From contig JAYOTF010000007.1 in assembly GCA_038150265.1 (NCBI GenBank), forward strand, positions 1-64,000: DNA of 64,000 nt. The letters run 5' to 3'. The stretch is from Deltaproteobacteria bacterium (lineage in GTDB: Bacteria > SAR324 > NAC60-12). Below the pieces are notes generated by a model. That model made no database searches. It was not told the origin of the DNA and worked only from the letters and a program-made list of their open reading frames with translations. How positions within the stretch are numbered: the stretch's first letter is position 1; the number at the start of each line of letters is the position of its first letter. Shown piece by piece: positions 62,685-64,000 of this stretch. The translations under genes were made by a program, and so were the position numbers.

Positions 62685-64000
62685 GTGCCCCATCACCTTG
62701 TCATTGGAACCAGTGGTCACATCGACCATGGCAAAACCACCCTCGTCAAAGCCCTCACCGGGGTGGATGCCGACCGCTTTGAAGAAGAGAAACGCCGGGG
62801 CATCACCATCGACCTGGGTTTTGCGCACACCACCGATGCCCACGGCAACACGCTGGCGCTGGTGGACGTGCCCGGACACGAGCGGTTTGTCCACAACATG
62901 CTGGCGGGAGTGTCGGGACTCGATGCCGTGATGCTGGTGGTGGCTGCCGATGAAGGCGTGATGCCGCAAACCCGCGAACACCTGGCCATTTGTGACCTCC
63001 TTGGCGTGAAGCAGGGGGTGATCGTCCTCACCCGGATGGACCGCCTGGATGACCCGGAACTGGCAGAGCTGTGTGCCGAAGAAGTTCGGGAGCTGGCGCA
63101 GGGGACCTTTCTGGAGGAAGCCCCGGTGCTGTCGGTGTCTTCCGTGACAGGTGAGGGCATTCCCGAGCTGCGGGAAGCCTTGCTGCAGCTGAACCCCCGG
63201 GCCCTGGCCGAAGCGCAGGAGCGTCCGTTCCGGCTCGCGGTGGACCGCTCCTTTTCCGTGAAGGGATTTGGCACCGTGGTGACCGGCACCGTCTGGTCCG
63301 GACAGGCTCGGCTGGAAGAAACGCTGGTGCAGTACCCGCAGGGAAATCGGGTCCGGATCCGAGGGCTGCAGTCGCATGGCGCTCAGCAGCAGCAGGTCGT
63401 GGCTGGGCAGCGGGCGGCGATCAATCTGGGAGGCGTGCACCACGAGGCCATTCACCGAGGAGACCAGCTGGCGCCTCCGGAATCGCTGCTGACGAGCTTC
63501 ATGCTGAACGTTGAGCTGCGGTTGCTTGCCGAGGCTCCGGCGGCCTTGGAGCAGCGCCAGCGGGTTCGGGTGCACCTGGGCACTCAGGAATTGCTGGGTC
63601 GGCTCATTTTGCTGGAAGGCGACACGCTGCTTCCGGGGGCCACTCGCCTGTGCCAGCTCCGTTTGGAGCAGCCCACCAGCACACGGTTTGGAGACCGCTT
63701 CATCATCCGGAGCTACTCCCCCAGCTACACCCTGGGTGGGGGACAGGTGCTGGATCCGGCGCCCGTGAAGTCCCGGCGGGTGATGCACGAGCTGGCGCAG
63801 CGCCTGCGCGTGCTGCAGGGTCCGGATGAAGCTGGGCGTGTGGAAGAAACAGTGTACCTGCAGGCCCTCCGGGGCGTCCGTCAGGAAGAGCTGGCAGTGC
63901 GATCCGGACTCTCGGGGAAGCGGGCCGAGAAGGTGCTGCAGACCCTGCAGAGCAAGCAACGGGTCCTCTGTCTGGATGCCCATGAACGCCGGTGGTGGCA
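62685..64000 (+). CDS. selB: selenocysteine-specific elongation factor SelB (runs off the window end; not in the ORF track)
   Basis: GTG 62685 reads [62 protein letters not shown]. Confidence 0.95.
   Translation, partial: MPHHLVIGTSGHIDHGKTTLVKALTGVDADRFEEEKRRGITIDLGFAHTTDAHGNTLALVDVPGHERFVHNMLAGVSGLDAVMLVVAADEGVMPQTREHLAICDLLGVKQGVIVLTRMDRLDDPELAELCAEEVRELAQGTFLEEAPVLSVSSVTGEGIPELREALLQLNPRALAEAQERPFRLAVDRSFSVKGFGTVVTGTVWSGQARLEETLVQYPQGNRVRIRGLQSHGAQQQQVVAGQRAAINLGGVHHEAIHRGDQLAPPESLLTSFMLNVELRLLAEAPAALEQRQRVRVHLGTQELLGRLILLEGDTLLPGATRLCQLRLEQPTSTRFGDRFIIRSYSPSYTLGGGQVLDPAPVKSRRVMHELAQRLRVLQGPDEAGRVEETVYLQALRGVRQEELAVRSGLSGKRAEKVLQTLQSKQRVLCLDAHERRWW

Overview
High-GC (roughly 60-65% by eye) bacterial chromosomal segment with about 55 tightly packed protein-coding genes. 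No rRNA, tRNA, CRISPR array, prophage or IS element is recognisable. The split F0 atp cluster with leader-bearing a and c subunits, CIRCE/HrcA control of groESL, TerB-DUF2225 and selB suggest a Deltaproteobacteria-like lineage, possibly SAR324 (inference). Content in order: inositol-type ABC transporter with a PhyH dioxygenase and RpiR regulator; gyrA, cyclophilin, bolA, iscA, fdx; atpZ/I/B/E; rarA; groESL; PTS-IIA/ClC; tldD/pmbA; yejEF; orphan sensor kinase; fused trpE(G); uvrB; a metzincin lipoprotein; a Csd6-like L,D-peptidase with csoR; ftsW coupled to a ~27-repeat ankyrin protein; tal; acyl-CoA metabolism genes; a TerB-PilZ-like-DUF2225 plus coiled-coil locus; a phasin-like gene; VWA; fliG; divergent trpC; ispB; gspE; and partial selB. 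The most striking unexplained signals are (1) strong window-wide over-representation of the palindrome TCCGGA (HIP1-like), (2) pervasive break-up of normally conserved operons, and (3) the uncharacterised TerB/DUF2225/coiled-coil locus. All product calls come from recognising motifs by eye, with no database search.
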